Assembly (NCBI GenBank): GCA_017474765.1
Contig: JAFVGW010000032.1
Coordinates: 66,989 to 130,988, forward strand
Direction: 5' to 3'
Length of the DNA stretch: 64,000 nt
From: Salinivirgaceae bacterium
Lineage (GTDB): Bacteria; Bacteroidota; Bacteroidia; Bacteroidales; SZUA-534
Below are positions 19,218 to 29,787 of the stretch, one piece after another. The position numbers and the translations under genes are program-made. Under the pieces are notes generated by a model. That model saw only the letters and a program-made list of their open reading frames with translations. It made no database searches and had not been told where the DNA came from. The stretch's first letter is position 1, and the number at the start of each line of letters is the position of its first letter.

Positions 19218-20261
19218 ATGAGAAAATTAGCAAGCATTCAGGTGATTAACGGCGTTGAGCCCATCGAAGGAGCCGACCGTATTGAACTTTGCCACGTTTT
19301 GGGGTGGCAGTGCGTGGCAAACAAAGGCCAGTTCAAGGTTGGCGACAAATGCGTCTATTTCGAGATTGACAGTTTTCTGCCCGTGAGGCCGCAATTCGAG
19401 TTTCTGCGCGCCACAAGCTACCGCAAGACCAACGTTATGGGCGAAGGTTTTAAAATTAAGACAATGAAGTTCCGAGGACAAATTTCGCAAGGCCTCATCC
19501 AACCGCTGAGCGCCTTCGGCGAACTTGCCGCAGACACCGAGATTGGCACCGACGTGACTGAAACTCTGGGTGTTAAGGAATGGGAAATTGAAGAGCGGGC
19601 AACCACTGGCGGCACAATTGTCGGCCAACTGCCATACGACGTGCCCCACACCGACGAGACGCGCGTGCAAGCCTGCCCCGAACTCATTCAGGAATTTGCG
19701 GGACTGGAATATTACATTTCGACAAAAATGGACGGTTCGTCGCACTCTATCAGCCTGGACCAGAACGGATTCCACGTCACAGGCCACAACTACGAATATA
19801 AAGACGACGACACTTCGGACTTCTATAAACTTGTGAAAGAGCGGGGCTACGAGTCGGCCGCTCGCAACTATTTTGAAACCAATGGGTTGCAAACGCTCAC
19901 CATTCAAGGCGAGTTTTGTGCGCCTGGAATCCAAAACAACCGCCTGAAACTGCTGAAACCAGAATGGTACGTATTCACCGTGCGCGTGAACGGCCAGCGC
20001 GTTGGGCTGCGTAAAATGCAGGAAATCTGCACCGATTTGAATCTGACAATGGTGCCTATTGAAGAAGTTGACACCGACCTGCCGACCAAATATCCGACTG
20101 TAGAATCGCTGCTCGCGCGGTCTGACGGCCAGTACCCCAACGGCGGCAAAAAAGAAGGTATCGTCATCCGCCCCACCGAGCCAGTTTTCAGCACGCTAAT
20201 CAGCGCCAGCCTGTCAATGAAGGTGGTGAACAACAACTATTTGCTGAAGAACGAGGATTGA
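19218..20261 (+). CDS. ATP-dependent RNA ligase, DRB0094/Rnl5-like
   Basis: N-terminal OB-like module RKLASIQVINGVEPIEGADRIE...GWQCVANKGQFKVGDKCVYFEIDSFLP. Nucleotidyltransferase motif I KMDGSS, motif IV EGIVIRP, motif V MKVVN. Confidence 0.85.
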   Translation: MRKLASIQVINGVEPIEGADRIELCHVLGWQCVANKGQFKVGDKCVYFEIDSFLPVRPQFEFLRATSYRKTNVMGEGFKIKTMKFRGQISQGLIQPLSAFGELAADTEIGTDVTETLGVKEWEIEERATTGGTIVGQLPYDVPHTDETRVQACPELIQEFAGLEYYISTKMDGSSHSISLDQNGFHVTGHNYEYKDDDTSDFYKLVKERGYESAARNYFETNGLQTLTIQGEFCAPGIQNNRLKLLKPEWYVFTVRVNGQRVGLRKMQEICTDLNLTMVPIEEVDTDLPTKYPTVESLLARSDGQYPNGGKKEGIVIRPTEPVFSTLISASLSMKVVNNNYLLKNED

Positions 20262-20333
20262 TAATTCACTGCAAACTGCAGAGATAGCCCAACCTGCAAA
20301 AGCCACAAAACTGCACTAATACTTAGAACAAGG

Positions 20334-21575
20334 CTACTTCAGCACGCACTCAATGCGTTCAATCTGGCCGTTGCTGTGCGCTGGCGCGATTTCCAGAAGT
20401 CGGCACAGAAGTCCGTAAACATCTGTGTTATAGAGTTGTGGCGCGGCAAAGCCTTGCTTGAAATCGGGGCCGATGGCATAGAAAATGCCGTTCATAAGCC
20501 GATTGGCATTGTCGTAGCCGTGAGCGCCCAATGGCAGCGGGCGTTTGCCTTTGTAAATCTGCATTTTACCGCTATTCGAAAGAATCACCACATCGCCAAT
20601 TCGCGCACTTGCCGAGCAATGGAAACGCTCAGGCAAATCGGCTCGCAGGCAAGCCGTAACGCCATCAACGCCCTGCAAAGCCGAAACAACCGAGTCGGCA
20701 CAATGTTTCTTGCAATAAGCCAGCGAGATAGCAGGCGAATAAATCAATGTATCAACCCAACTGTCGCGCACATATTTTTTCAAATCAACAACGTTTTGCG
20801 CATCGGTTTGAATCATTCCGTGGTCAGAGATAATGATAAAATTTATTGAATCACAAAAACTTAACGTCGATAATTGCTGACAGAAGTAACCCACCAAACT
20901 GTCAACTTGTTGGATAGCTTCAACAATTTCGGGCGAATCGGGGCCGAACTTGTGACCAATGGTGTCGGCAGCCTCAATATAGCACATTGCCAAATGCGGG
21001 CGCTTGTCATAATCAACTGACAACCACTTGATTACAGAATCAATTCGCGCCTTATACGGTTCACTTGCGCTGTATGGTTTCCATTTTGTCGGGCGGTAGC
21101 CTTTTATTTGCGCGTCGCAACCAACCCACATATTCACTGCCGACTTAATTCGCTGTGATTCAGCCGTTACCCATATCGGTTCACCGCCATACAATTTGTC
21201 GGCAACCATCGATTTCACTTTGCCGTTCGAATAGCACTGTTTAATCTGCGGAACCATAAACTTATTCGCCACAATTCCGTGATTTTCAGCATATAAGCCC
21301 GTCGCAATCGTGTAATGATTGGTAAACGTGAGCGACGGAAAAACAGGTTGCAAACCTGCCGCCCTCACCCCTGTCCGCTCAATTGAATCGAGCGTTGGTG
21401 TATTGGCAATATCCTGATAATCAAAGCGAAATCCATCGAGCGACAGAACAACCGTATAGTTGCGCGGCTCAACTTTGCGGTTGCGTAAATGACTCACGTA
21501 GGCATCTTGCGCCGCAACAATCGCAAGAAAAACCACAAAAAGCACAAATGCTACTCTTTTCAGCTTCATTTTCAA
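20334..21575 (-). CDS. ectonucleotide pyrophosphatase/phosphodiesterase (alkaline-phosphatase superfamily)
   Basis: Signal peptide. Motifs VVLSLDGFRFDY and FPSLTFTNHYTIATGLYAENHGIVAN are typical of NPP-family enzymes, and IISDHGM is the metal site. Confidence 0.85.
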   Translation of the reverse strand: MKMKLKRVAFVLFVVFLAIVAAQDAYVSHLRNRKVEPRNYTVVLSLDGFRFDYQDIANTPTLDSIERTGVRAAGLQPVFPSLTFTNHYTIATGLYAENHGIVANKFMVPQIKQCYSNGKVKSMVADKLYGGEPIWVTAESQRIKSAVNMWVGCDAQIKGYRPTKWKPYSASEPYKARIDSVIKWLSVDYDKRPHLAMCYIEAADTIGHKFGPDSPEIVEAIQQVDSLVGYFCQQLSTLSFCDSINFIIISDHGMIQTDAQNVVDLKKYVRDSWVDTLIYSPAISLAYCKKHCADSVVSALQGVDGVTACLRADLPERFHCSASARIGDVVILSNSGKMQIYKGKRPLPLGAHGYDNANRLMNGIFYAIGPDFKQGFAAPQLYNTDVYGLLCRLLEIAPAHSNGQIERIECVLK

Positions 21576-23333
21576 TTATTTAGTTTCGTCAGGGAAACGC
21601 AGTTTGTCGCCAGCGTCGTTCACAACCGAGCGCATCCATTTTTCGTCGTAGCCAGGCTGCTCAACTTTCGGCGCGTAATATTTATAGCCCGCAGGCACTT
21701 CGCGCGGCGTTTTCACGTTGCCGTCCATATATTTGACAAACAGATATTTATAAAAATCTTTCCAATCACGAACCAATTGTTCGGCAGTGTTAACAGAGAA
21801 ATCAGTCAGATACTCAACTGCCACATTCTGATTATCAGCAAATAACGCTTGCGCAGCCTTGTCAACAGCCTTCACACAAGTCTCAAACTTGCTCTCGAAA
21901 GCCGTCTGCTTGGCCTCAACCTCGGGGTGAATCAGGTTGTAGCGCGTGTAGGCGAAGTTCGACACCTGATTGAACACCCAAAAAGCCGCCGTTTCCGAAA
22001 ATTCCATCATCGAGCCGTTGCCCACCGCAAAACAGTTCGGCACTGTGGTCATGCTTGCGTACATCGGGCAATAGACGGTGCTGCCAGTGTCGTCGGTGCC
22101 GAACCAGAACAGGCCGCCAATCTTGTTCGGCAACCAGCCGCGGCACTGTGCGACAAACGAGAAGCCCGTCTGCTGCGTGGCTGTGGTGCGCTCGTTCACA
22201 TATTTTTTGCCGTCAACCTCGAAATCCATCGGACGCCAGCGGTACGGGCAGTGCCACGGCCCCGCACCCACATCTTGCGACATATCCAACTCTGTGCCTT
22301 CCAGGTGGTTACGCATATTGTGCATCATCTGCGCCAACGCAACTTTTGCTTTCGGCTTAACCCAAAGCGGCATTCTGTTGCTTGCGTAACCAGTTGATTC
22401 ATCGTGCTTTATATCAACGCCTTTGGCATAATCCCAATATTGCGCCATTCCGTCGGCCACATCGTTGAAGAACGCCCAGACGCGAATCTCACAAGCACGT
22501 GCTCCTACAAAATCAACAGGTGCGTATGTATCTGAAAAACTGAAATTTGACTTATTAACTTTGTCGTTGATATAGCCTTTCGCACGCGCGAAATCCATCA
22601 CATCAGCGGCATAAACGGTGGTGATTTTCTTGTCGAAAATGCGGTCCATTTGGTCCGACGAAATCGAAGTCGGGTCGTCATTCCACGGGAAAGTGGTGAT
22701 TCGTGCCTGATTTGCGTGGGCGCAGACATATCCGTCAGGGATTTGGCGAGCCACCCAAACGGCACCTTTATTCTTGTTAATCAAGCCTTTCTTGGTTTTC
22801 TGAATATCCATTCCCTTGCCAATCAACTCGAAAATCCAAACCTCGTTGGGGTCGGCAATCGAGAACGACTCGCCCTCACTTGCATAGCCGTATTTAGCAA
22901 CCAATTCAGTCATAATCTTAATGGCCTCACGAGCCGAAGTGGCACGTTGTAAAGTAATGTAAATAAGGCTTCCGTAATCCATAATGGCAGTCGAGTCGCC
23001 CCAAAGTTCCTCGCGGCCGCCGTAGGTAGTCTCGCCTATAACCACCTGATTTTCATTCATATTGCCGATTACGTTGTAAGTCTTGGCGGCCTGCTCAATC
23101 TGCCCCATATACTTGCCTGTGTCCCAATCATATACATCGAGCATTGTACCTGCGGGATAAGTGGCTGCGGGCCAATGATATAGTTCACCATAAAGCACGT
23201 GCGAGTCAGCGGCATAACTCACCATCGACGAGCCGTCGGCCGAAGCGCCAGGTGTTACAAGAAAATTTGTGCAAGCCAGCACCTGCCCTACTGCAACCGA
23301 CATTGAAATTGCCAAAAATGCTTTTATCTTCAT
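21576..23333 (-). CDS. C69-family dipeptidase
   Basis: Signal peptide followed directly by the nucleophile context ACTNFLVTPGASADGS. 585 aa. Its stop codon abuts the start of the next gene. Confidence 0.9.
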   Translation of the reverse strand: MKIKAFLAISMSVAVGQVLACTNFLVTPGASADGSSMVSYAADSHVLYGELYHWPAATYPAGTMLDVYDWDTGKYMGQIEQAAKTYNVIGNMNENQVVIGETTYGGREELWGDSTAIMDYGSLIYITLQRATSAREAIKIMTELVAKYGYASEGESFSIADPNEVWIFELIGKGMDIQKTKKGLINKNKGAVWVARQIPDGYVCAHANQARITTFPWNDDPTSISSDQMDRIFDKKITTVYAADVMDFARAKGYINDKVNKSNFSFSDTYAPVDFVGARACEIRVWAFFNDVADGMAQYWDYAKGVDIKHDESTGYASNRMPLWVKPKAKVALAQMMHNMRNHLEGTELDMSQDVGAGPWHCPYRWRPMDFEVDGKKYVNERTTATQQTGFSFVAQCRGWLPNKIGGLFWFGTDDTGSTVYCPMYASMTTVPNCFAVGNGSMMEFSETAAFWVFNQVSNFAYTRYNLIHPEVEAKQTAFESKFETCVKAVDKAAQALFADNQNVAVEYLTDFSVNTAEQLVRDWKDFYKYLFVKYMDGNVKTPREVPAGYKYYAPKVEQPGYDEKWMRSVVNDAGDKLRFPDETK

Positions 23334-23366
23334 ATCTTACTAATATTAAGTGTTTTACATTTATAA

Positions 23367-24458
23367 TTAATCGTCAGTTTCCGATTGCTTGCAAGCGCGG
23401 TAAACGGCACCACCAATGGTATCGCAAGCAGCGCCAGTGACTGTTTTCCAACAGTTTACAAGTCCATAGTAACGCAACGCACCCAAAAATGCGAAAATTA
23501 TTGCCTCCTTGCACTCGACCACTGCGCTGTCAGGAATCACCACCTTGCATTTAGTGCTATTTTGCAGACATTCAATAAAATATTCGTTATACGCGCCTCC
23601 ACCTGTTACCAGAACAGTGCTTTTGCCCTCGGCAGACATTGCCTGCGAAATCTGATGGGCGGCGTGATGGTAATATGTAGCTAAAAGATTTTCAATATCA
23701 GTACGTTGACCGAACAATGGCAATATTTCCGCATCAACAAACTCTCGTCCGAGCGATTTTGGCGGTTGCTGTTTATAATATGGTATGGCGTTCAGTTTGG
23801 CAAGTAACTCTTTATCAACCACGCCTTTACGCCCGAGTTCACCATCTTTGTCGAACTCAAGTCCAATGCGGCGGGTGAGCGTATTGGCAACAATGTTCAG
23901 CGGACAAACATCAAACGCAACTCGCTTAATTTCAGCATTATCGTACGAGATATTGGCAAAACCGCCCAAATTCAAGCAAAAGTCGAAACTGCCATAGAGC
24001 AACTTATCGCCTATCGGCACAAGCGGTGCGCCGTTGCCGCCGTGAGCCACATCGGCTGTGCGGAAATCGCAAATGGTATCGATTCCCGACACAGCCGCAA
24101 TCTGCGCGCCAGAGCCGATTTGCAGCGTCAGGCCTTTCCGCGGCTCGTGAAAAACGGTGTAGCCGTGACTCGCCACGAAAGCAGGCTTGCAATTATTTTC
24201 TGCAACAAAATCTTTTACCAGTCCACCAAGAAAACGTCCATAATCGACATCGAGTTGCGCCAAATCGTGCCCCGAAAGTTCGTGGCTATGTTTCAGGCGT
24301 TCAAGCATTTCGGACGGATATGGATAGACATTGCCTGCAAGCGGTATCCAAGACCAATGGCCGTCATCACAAACGAAATTGCAATAAGCAATGTCAACAC
24401 CATCGAGCGAAGTGCCCGACATTACGCCTATCCCTTGTATTTCAATGCGTTGCGTCAT
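23367..24458 (-). CDS. anmK: anhydro-N-acetylmuramic acid kinase
   Basis: GVMSGTSLDGVDIA N-terminal ATPase motif. Start moved to the ATG at 24458 (MTQRIEIQG...), which overlaps the upstream stop as ATGA. Confidence 0.9.
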   Translation of the reverse strand: MTQRIEIQGIGVMSGTSLDGVDIAYCNFVCDDGHWSWIPLAGNVYPYPSEMLERLKHSHELSGHDLAQLDVDYGRFLGGLVKDFVAENNCKPAFVASHGYTVFHEPRKGLTLQIGSGAQIAAVSGIDTICDFRTADVAHGGNGAPLVPIGDKLLYGSFDFCLNLGGFANISYDNAEIKRVAFDVCPLNIVANTLTRRIGLEFDKDGELGRKGVVDKELLAKLNAIPYYKQQPPKSLGREFVDAEILPLFGQRTDIENLLATYYHHAAHQISQAMSAEGKSTVLVTGGGAYNEYFIECLQNSTKCKVVIPDSAVVECKEAIIFAFLGALRYYGLVNCWKTVTGAACDTIGGAVYRACKQSETDD

Positions 24459-26155
24459 TGGAATTTGGTTTTGGGAAGCCGTTCGGAATAGTTGGCAACA
24501 TTGCCGCAATTGTCGGTAACCATCAACTCAAGTTGGTATGAATCAGCCATTTTCAAATACTCATCGGCTTCGTAGGTTATCGACTTTGTTTTCGGGTCGT
24601 ACTTGAGCAGAATCCACGCTCCGTTTATTGATGCAGAATAGGATTTTATGCCCGACAAATTATCGCTGATTGTGAATTTCAACATGTTGACAGGCATATT
24701 TGCAACAGTTTTAATCGTTGGTGGAACACTATCCGCCTGAATACGATACGTCCCGAATCCCGACAATGAGGCCTCCATATAGCCGTTTTTGTACTTACCG
24801 CCCATGCTCGACACACGGTTGCCGTTCACTGCCACAATCAGCAGTTTCGATGTCGGGATGTTATCGCCCACACATTTAATCTTCAAATTATACGATTTAA
24901 CCAGCGGAATAGTAATGTCGCCAACCTTATATGTTGGTGAATACGAGCCAACTACAATGTTTGTGTCGACTTTGAAATCGAAATATACGGAATCGAAGAA
25001 TGTGTTTTTGCCAAAATCGATGGCTATTCCTGCCGTATCAAACTTATGTGCGTCTTGCCACGAAAGCAACTTACCCTCAGGCTTTTGCGCTTCAGCATTT
25101 AGCGCAACTCCTCGCAGATATGTTTCAAAGGTCGATTTGTTGCCGTATGCGTCATAAGCATCGATTTTCACTTTTTTAACCTCTCCGACAGGCACCGTTA
25201 TGTAGCCCTGATTTTTAAGTTTCGGATAGAGCGCGATTTTATTGTTATTCTCTACAAACAATCTATAAGCCACTGTACTACTGTTGATTAACGCCTCATA
25301 ATCAGCAATGCTGCTCACATATTTTGTCTGCGCAAACGGCACCCCGTCAATCTGCATTGTAAGCACAATCTGATTGCCGTCCCAAACATCGAATTTATAG
25401 ACTCCGCAGCGGTTGCTCGAGCCGTTCAAATAGTCATCGCATTTGATACCAAGCCCCACAGTGCCGCAAACTTGAATGGTATCTGCCCCGACAGGTTTGT
25501 AAATTTTACCGCTTTTTTGAACCTTAACGGTGCTGCGGGCATATTTCCCAGCCACCTGAGAGGCTGTATTGCCAGGAAATACTGTGAACGACTCCATTTT
25601 CGGAGCAATATCATCCTTGATGTCGAACCCGAGGAACAATCCATTAAGCGGACAAGCATCGCGGGTGTCGCGAATCTCAAAATGCAAATGCGGTCCACCC
25701 GACGAGCCCGTATTTCCCGACAAACCAATCACATCACCAACTCTGACGGGCATTTCGTCTGGTTTCAGAAACAAATCGACCGAGAAACTTTTCTGCTTGT
25801 ACTGAGCGGCACGAACATATCGTCCAATCTGGATATTGTATTCGCGCATGTGGCCGTACAGCGATGTGTATCCATCGGGATGGGTGATGTAAACCGCATG
25901 TCCATAGCCAGTTGGCGACACTTTGATTCGCGAAATGTAACCGTCTTTCACCGCATAAACCCGATACCCCTCTTTGCCCTGGGTTTTTAAATCAAGGCCC
26001 GCATGGAAATGTCCGCTCCTAAGTTCCGCAAAATTACCCGATAGGAAAAGCGGAATGTGTAATGGCGATTTCCAACCCAAAGTGTCCAGTTTGAGCTGAG
26101 CCATAGCGGGATTTGCCATGATAGCAACAAAAAACAATGTGAATAATTTATTCAT
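24455..26155 (-). CDS. M23-family metallopeptidase (peptidoglycan endopeptidase-like) with long C-terminal extension
   Basis: HFHAGLDLKT (HxxxD) and GPHLHFEIR (HxH) motifs. Start set at MNKLFTLFFVAIMANPAMA (signal peptide). Confidence 0.85.
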   Translation of the reverse strand: MNKLFTLFFVAIMANPAMAQLKLDTLGWKSPLHIPLFLSGNFAELRSGHFHAGLDLKTQGKEGYRVYAVKDGYISRIKVSPTGYGHAVYITHPDGYTSLYGHMREYNIQIGRYVRAAQYKQKSFSVDLFLKPDEMPVRVGDVIGLSGNTGSSGGPHLHFEIRDTRDACPLNGLFLGFDIKDDIAPKMESFTVFPGNTASQVAGKYARSTVKVQKSGKIYKPVGADTIQVCGTVGLGIKCDDYLNGSSNRCGVYKFDVWDGNQIVLTMQIDGVPFAQTKYVSSIADYEALINSSTVAYRLFVENNNKIALYPKLKNQGYITVPVGEVKKVKIDAYDAYGNKSTFETYLRGVALNAEAQKPEGKLLSWQDAHKFDTAGIAIDFGKNTFFDSVYFDFKVDTNIVVGSYSPTYKVGDITIPLVKSYNLKIKCVGDNIPTSKLLIVAVNGNRVSSMGGKYKNGYMEASLSGFGTYRIQADSVPPTIKTVANMPVNMLKFTISDNLSGIKSYSASINGAWILLKYDPKTKSITYEADEYLKMADSYQLELMVTDNCGNVANYSERLPKTKFQ

Positions 26156-26397
26156 CTTCTTGATTATAAATTCAATACAAACCATGCCGTCATATATCAG
26201 CATAAGCCGCAAAATAGCAAAAAACTCAACGTGGGGACATCGGAAATCGTTTCATTTTCGCATCACAAAACCATGCATGAACATACCATTCTGATAGTCA
26301 GGGCGGTTGAAATTGTACCGATTACCTCATATACCTATTCCATTATGCAAAAGCAGCTCGTGATGATATTGGAGAAAACAGTTATGTTTAGCCGAAC

Positions 26398-28986
26398 TCA
26401 AAAGTTAATTTTTGTTTCTTTTCCTTCATATTCAATGCTTTGCGCGATGTCTGTTCCCGCAATTTTCACGTTGAAAGTGCGTTTTTCGGGCATTCCGGCA
26501 AACTCACCTTTGCGCTCGCCAATGGTCAGTGTGCGCTCTGCATCGTTCCAAACAAATTGTATTTCAGACGATTGGTCTTTCAGGTAATCGTTGTTCGAGC
26601 CTTCGTCTTCGTATAGTGTGAATGTGGCGTCAGCTTTCGGGAAAATGGTGATATCCAATTTCTTATAATCGATATTGCTGGTCGATTTGGCGGGTTTGCA
26701 TTGCGGCAGAATGCTGCCTGCGCGTGCAAAAACCGGAATAGCTTCTAGGTTGACGGGAATGCTAACTGTCTGTCCGCCTGCAAGATGCTCGCAAGTGGCA
26801 AAATCGTACCAGCCGCTTTCGTTTTGCGGCAGATAAACAACAGTCTGCGAACATTTTGGCTCGATAATTGGGCATACAAGCAGCGCCGGACCGAACATAA
26901 ATTCGGTTTGCTGGCAGAGCGCAGTTGAGTCAGCTGCAAAATCCATCACCAGCGGACGCATCAAAGTGCCACCTTCGGTGACGGCCGCAGCCTGCGAGTA
27001 AATGTATGGTAACAAACTGTAACGCAAACGGATAGCATTGGTAGCGATGCGCTCTGTCTCGCGGCCATAACGCCAAATTTCGGTGTCGCTCATATAGCCG
27101 TGCACGCGCATCATCGGCAAGAACGTGGCGGTTTGAATCCAACGCAACATACATTCTTGGTAATCAGCATTTTTATATTGGTCGAACGGACGGAAGAATC
27201 CACCAGCGTCATAGGTCCACCACGGGTGTCCGGCAGCCATAAGACCCAGTCCGCCAACAATTTGACGACGCAATGTTTCCCAATCATTGCCCACATCGCC
27301 CGACCACAATGCCGAGCCGTAGCGGTGGATTCCGGCAAAGCCGCTGCGAGTGAGAATGAGCGGACGACGGTCGGGGTCATCTTTCATAAGTCCTTCATAC
27401 ACAGTTCTATTCACCATATTTGGATAGATGTTGCGCACCATCTCGCCTGGCAGCGTGCTCTTCATCACGCGGCGACCAACAAGGTCGTCGTTCTCGGGCT
27501 CGGTTGCGTCCTGCCACCAAGCGTCGATGCCATAAGGCTTGAGTAGGCGGCTGCTGAAGTTTTCCCAGTAGAATTTTGCCGCATCGTTGTCGAAAAAGTC
27601 AATCCACGACGTGTTTTTAATGTAGTGCCCTTGCTCGGTGGCCAGTTTGCCCACTTCCGAATTCTCGTCAATCTTCGACCACACCGAAATCATCAGCCTT
27701 GCGCCGATTTTGTGCAAGTCGTCAACAAGTTTTTTCGGGTTTGGGTAGAAGGCTTCGTCGAAGCGCATTGCGTTCCAGCCGTAGCGGCCCCAATACTGCC
27801 AGTCCTGCACAATCACGTCCATCGGAATCTGGCGGCGGCGGAACTCGCGGGCCGTGCCGACGATTTCTGACTGCGAGTGGAACCGCTCGCGGCAGTGGAT
27901 GTAACCCAGAGCCCAGCGCGGCATCAACGGTGCGGGGCCGGTTACGGCACGGTAGGCGGCAATCACGGCGTCGGCCGAGCCGGCAAAAACAGTGTAATCA
28001 ATGCCGTCGGCCACTGGCGAATTGTATGTGGTTGAGTTTGTTACAAGTTGATACCATACCACCGGGCGGTCGTTTCCAGTGAGTTCGGCGGCAAGTGTGT
28101 GCGCGCCTTTCTCAAGTTCGACAATTGTGGACGATGTTGGCGGCAACCAAACGTTACGCATTTCCATAACAGTCTGTCCGTCAATCTGTAAATTGTGCCG
28201 GCGCGCCATCGACTGCCCAACATCGAGCAGCAGCGCGTAGCGACCGCTTTCGGCAATCTCAACAGTTGCTTCAAAGCGGTTGTTCTCACGGCGCTCGCGG
28301 CGGGTGCCTTCGGTTGTCGTTACATCAACTTCAACGGCTTCACTTTCAACGTTTTTCTTTGTCAAAGAAACGCTGTCGGCAGGAATGTTGAAGTTGGTCA
28401 GGCCATAATTGTTCCAAAGCAAGCCGTAGCCCTTGCTCGACAGCACAAACGGTATGGAAATCTGCGTGTTAACCTGCGTCAGGCGGCGTGGCAACTGGCG
28501 CACGTCGAGATAGCCGTCCTGAAACTGGCCAAGTCCGTAAAGATGCTCATCGGCTGGCGAATCGAACGTTTCCGTAACATTGAATGTGGCGCGGTCCTGC
28601 ACTGAATCGGCCACAACGCTTCGACTTAATTCATTGAGAATCAAATTGCCATCAGCGTCGTAAAAACTGATTCTGGCGGTTGTCTTGTCAATCTTTGCCG
28701 ACATCTGCGGAAGCGTCACCACAATCAGGTTGGCGTAGTCCTTCACCTTCATTTGCGGCTTTTTGTCGTTTTCAACGTAAATCCACTCGGGCAGCGACTG
28801 CACAGGCTTGGTTTGGAATTTCACTCGCAACGCATTGTCGTCCAACGCTTTCAATATCAGTTTGCCATCGCGCATTCCGATGGTGGCCACATCGCCGTCG
28901 AGCGAGATTGATGTTACCTGATGGCGAACACACGATGTAGTCAGCACGATGGTTGCCAGCAGAATTGATAAAAATGAGAATTTCAT
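26398..28986 (-). CDS. glycoside hydrolase family 31 (alpha-glucosidase/alpha-xylosidase type), lipoprotein
   Basis: GIDAWWQDATEPE nucleophile region is equivalent to the WxDMNEP signature of GH31. Lipobox-like N-terminus LTTSC. 862 aa. Confidence 0.9.
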   Translation of the reverse strand: MKFSFLSILLATIVLTTSCVRHQVTSISLDGDVATIGMRDGKLILKALDDNALRVKFQTKPVQSLPEWIYVENDKKPQMKVKDYANLIVVTLPQMSAKIDKTTARISFYDADGNLILNELSRSVVADSVQDRATFNVTETFDSPADEHLYGLGQFQDGYLDVRQLPRRLTQVNTQISIPFVLSSKGYGLLWNNYGLTNFNIPADSVSLTKKNVESEAVEVDVTTTEGTRRERRENNRFEATVEIAESGRYALLLDVGQSMARRHNLQIDGQTVMEMRNVWLPPTSSTIVELEKGAHTLAAELTGNDRPVVWYQLVTNSTTYNSPVADGIDYTVFAGSADAVIAAYRAVTGPAPLMPRWALGYIHCRERFHSQSEIVGTAREFRRRQIPMDVIVQDWQYWGRYGWNAMRFDEAFYPNPKKLVDDLHKIGARLMISVWSKIDENSEVGKLATEQGHYIKNTSWIDFFDNDAAKFYWENFSSRLLKPYGIDAWWQDATEPENDDLVGRRVMKSTLPGEMVRNIYPNMVNRTVYEGLMKDDPDRRPLILTRSGFAGIHRYGSALWSGDVGNDWETLRRQIVGGLGLMAAGHPWWTYDAGGFFRPFDQYKNADYQECMLRWIQTATFLPMMRVHGYMSDTEIWRYGRETERIATNAIRLRYSLLPYIYSQAAAVTEGGTLMRPLVMDFAADSTALCQQTEFMFGPALLVCPIIEPKCSQTVVYLPQNESGWYDFATCEHLAGGQTVSIPVNLEAIPVFARAGSILPQCKPAKSTSNIDYKKLDITIFPKADATFTLYEDEGSNNDYLKDQSSEIQFVWNDAERTLTIGERKGEFAGMPEKRTFNVKIAGTDIAQSIEYEGKETKINF

Positions 28987-29166
28987 ACTTCTATGTTTTT
29001 GCCGTAAATAAAGAGAATTGGTTCGATATAGCCAATTTCTTTTTTTGATTTTCGCCCGTCAATTCATTTTCTTACTGATTATAAACATTTTAAGCAATTA
29101 TCATTTTTTAGACGCACAAAATAAAACAAGGTTGACCCAGAATGTTGCATAATATTCAAAAAGAAG

Positions 29167-29174
29167 TAATTTTG
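29167..29174 (+). promoter_or_regulatory. candidate -7 box upstream of rplS
   Basis: TAATTTTG matches TAnnTTTG. Only a weak TTG lies at the -33 position. It would give a leader of roughly 85 nt. Confidence 0.3.
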
Positions 29175-29261
29175 TGGCCGATTTACGATAATCTCTTTCA
29201 GCGACATAGGAGCCTGATACATTACGTAGACAATTTATTGAATTTTAATATTTTTACTACA

Positions 29262-29627
29262 ATGGATTTAATGAAATTAGTTGAGAAGGAAATCACTGCA
29301 GAGACATCCTTCCCCGAGTTCAAGGCTGGTGACACTATCACCGTGAACTACAAAATCAAAGAAGGTAACAAAGAGCGTATCCAACAATTCCGCGGCGTTG
29401 TTATCCAGCGCAGAGGAAAAGGCGTAACTGCCACATTTACAGTTCGCAAAATGTCTGGAAATATTGGCGTTGAACGTATCTTCCCTGTCAATTCACCATT
29501 CATCGACAGCATTGAGGTAAACAAGGTTGGTGCTGTTCGTCGTGCACGCATCTTCTACTTCCGCGACCTAACTGGAAAGAAGGCAAAAATCAAGGAGAAA
29601 AAGAACGTGGTTGCCAAAGAGGATTAA
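29262..29627 (+). CDS. rplS: 50S ribosomal protein L19
   Basis: [35 protein letters not shown]...[19 protein letters not shown]...[11 protein letters not shown]. Start set at the internal ATG (MDLMKLVE) of ORF 29142..29627. Confidence 0.95.
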   Translation: MDLMKLVEKEITAETSFPEFKAGDTITVNYKIKEGNKERIQQFRGVVIQRRGKGVTATFTVRKMSGNIGVERIFPVNSPFIDSIEVNKVGAVRRARIFYFRDLTGKKAKIKEKKNVVAKED

Positions 29628-29648
29628 TTATTCGCAACTCGATAAAAA

Positions 29649-29680
29649 ATCCGAAACCAAAAGGTTTCGGATTTTTTTTG
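29649..29680 (+). terminator. intrinsic terminator after rplS (A-tract upstream, so potentially bidirectional)
   Basis: ATCCGAAACC-AAAA-GGTTTCGGAT followed by TTTTTTTT. Confidence 0.85.
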
Positions 29681-29730
29681 TTTGGTATAAACCACCGAAC
29701 AACGCGACTCTAAGATTAATTTACCATAAC

Positions 29731-29760
29731 AAAAAAGAGGAGACCATTCATGACCTCCTC
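29731..29760 (-). terminator. intrinsic terminator after the 78-aa gene
   Basis: Minus-strand GAGGAG-N12-CTCCTC followed by TTTTTTG, 28 nt past the stop at 29788. Confidence 0.55.
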
Positions 29761-29787
29761 ATTACAATAATTGCCAAATTTTCTAAC

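Noticed and set aside
19227-19934. 235-aa minus-strand ORF
   Set aside because: It is antisense to the RNA ligase gene, which has all the ligase motifs. It is a typical shadow ORF.
29142-29261. N-terminal 40-codon extension of the rplS ORF
   Set aside because: L19 homology begins at MDLMKLVE (29262). The extension covers the candidate promoter and leader.
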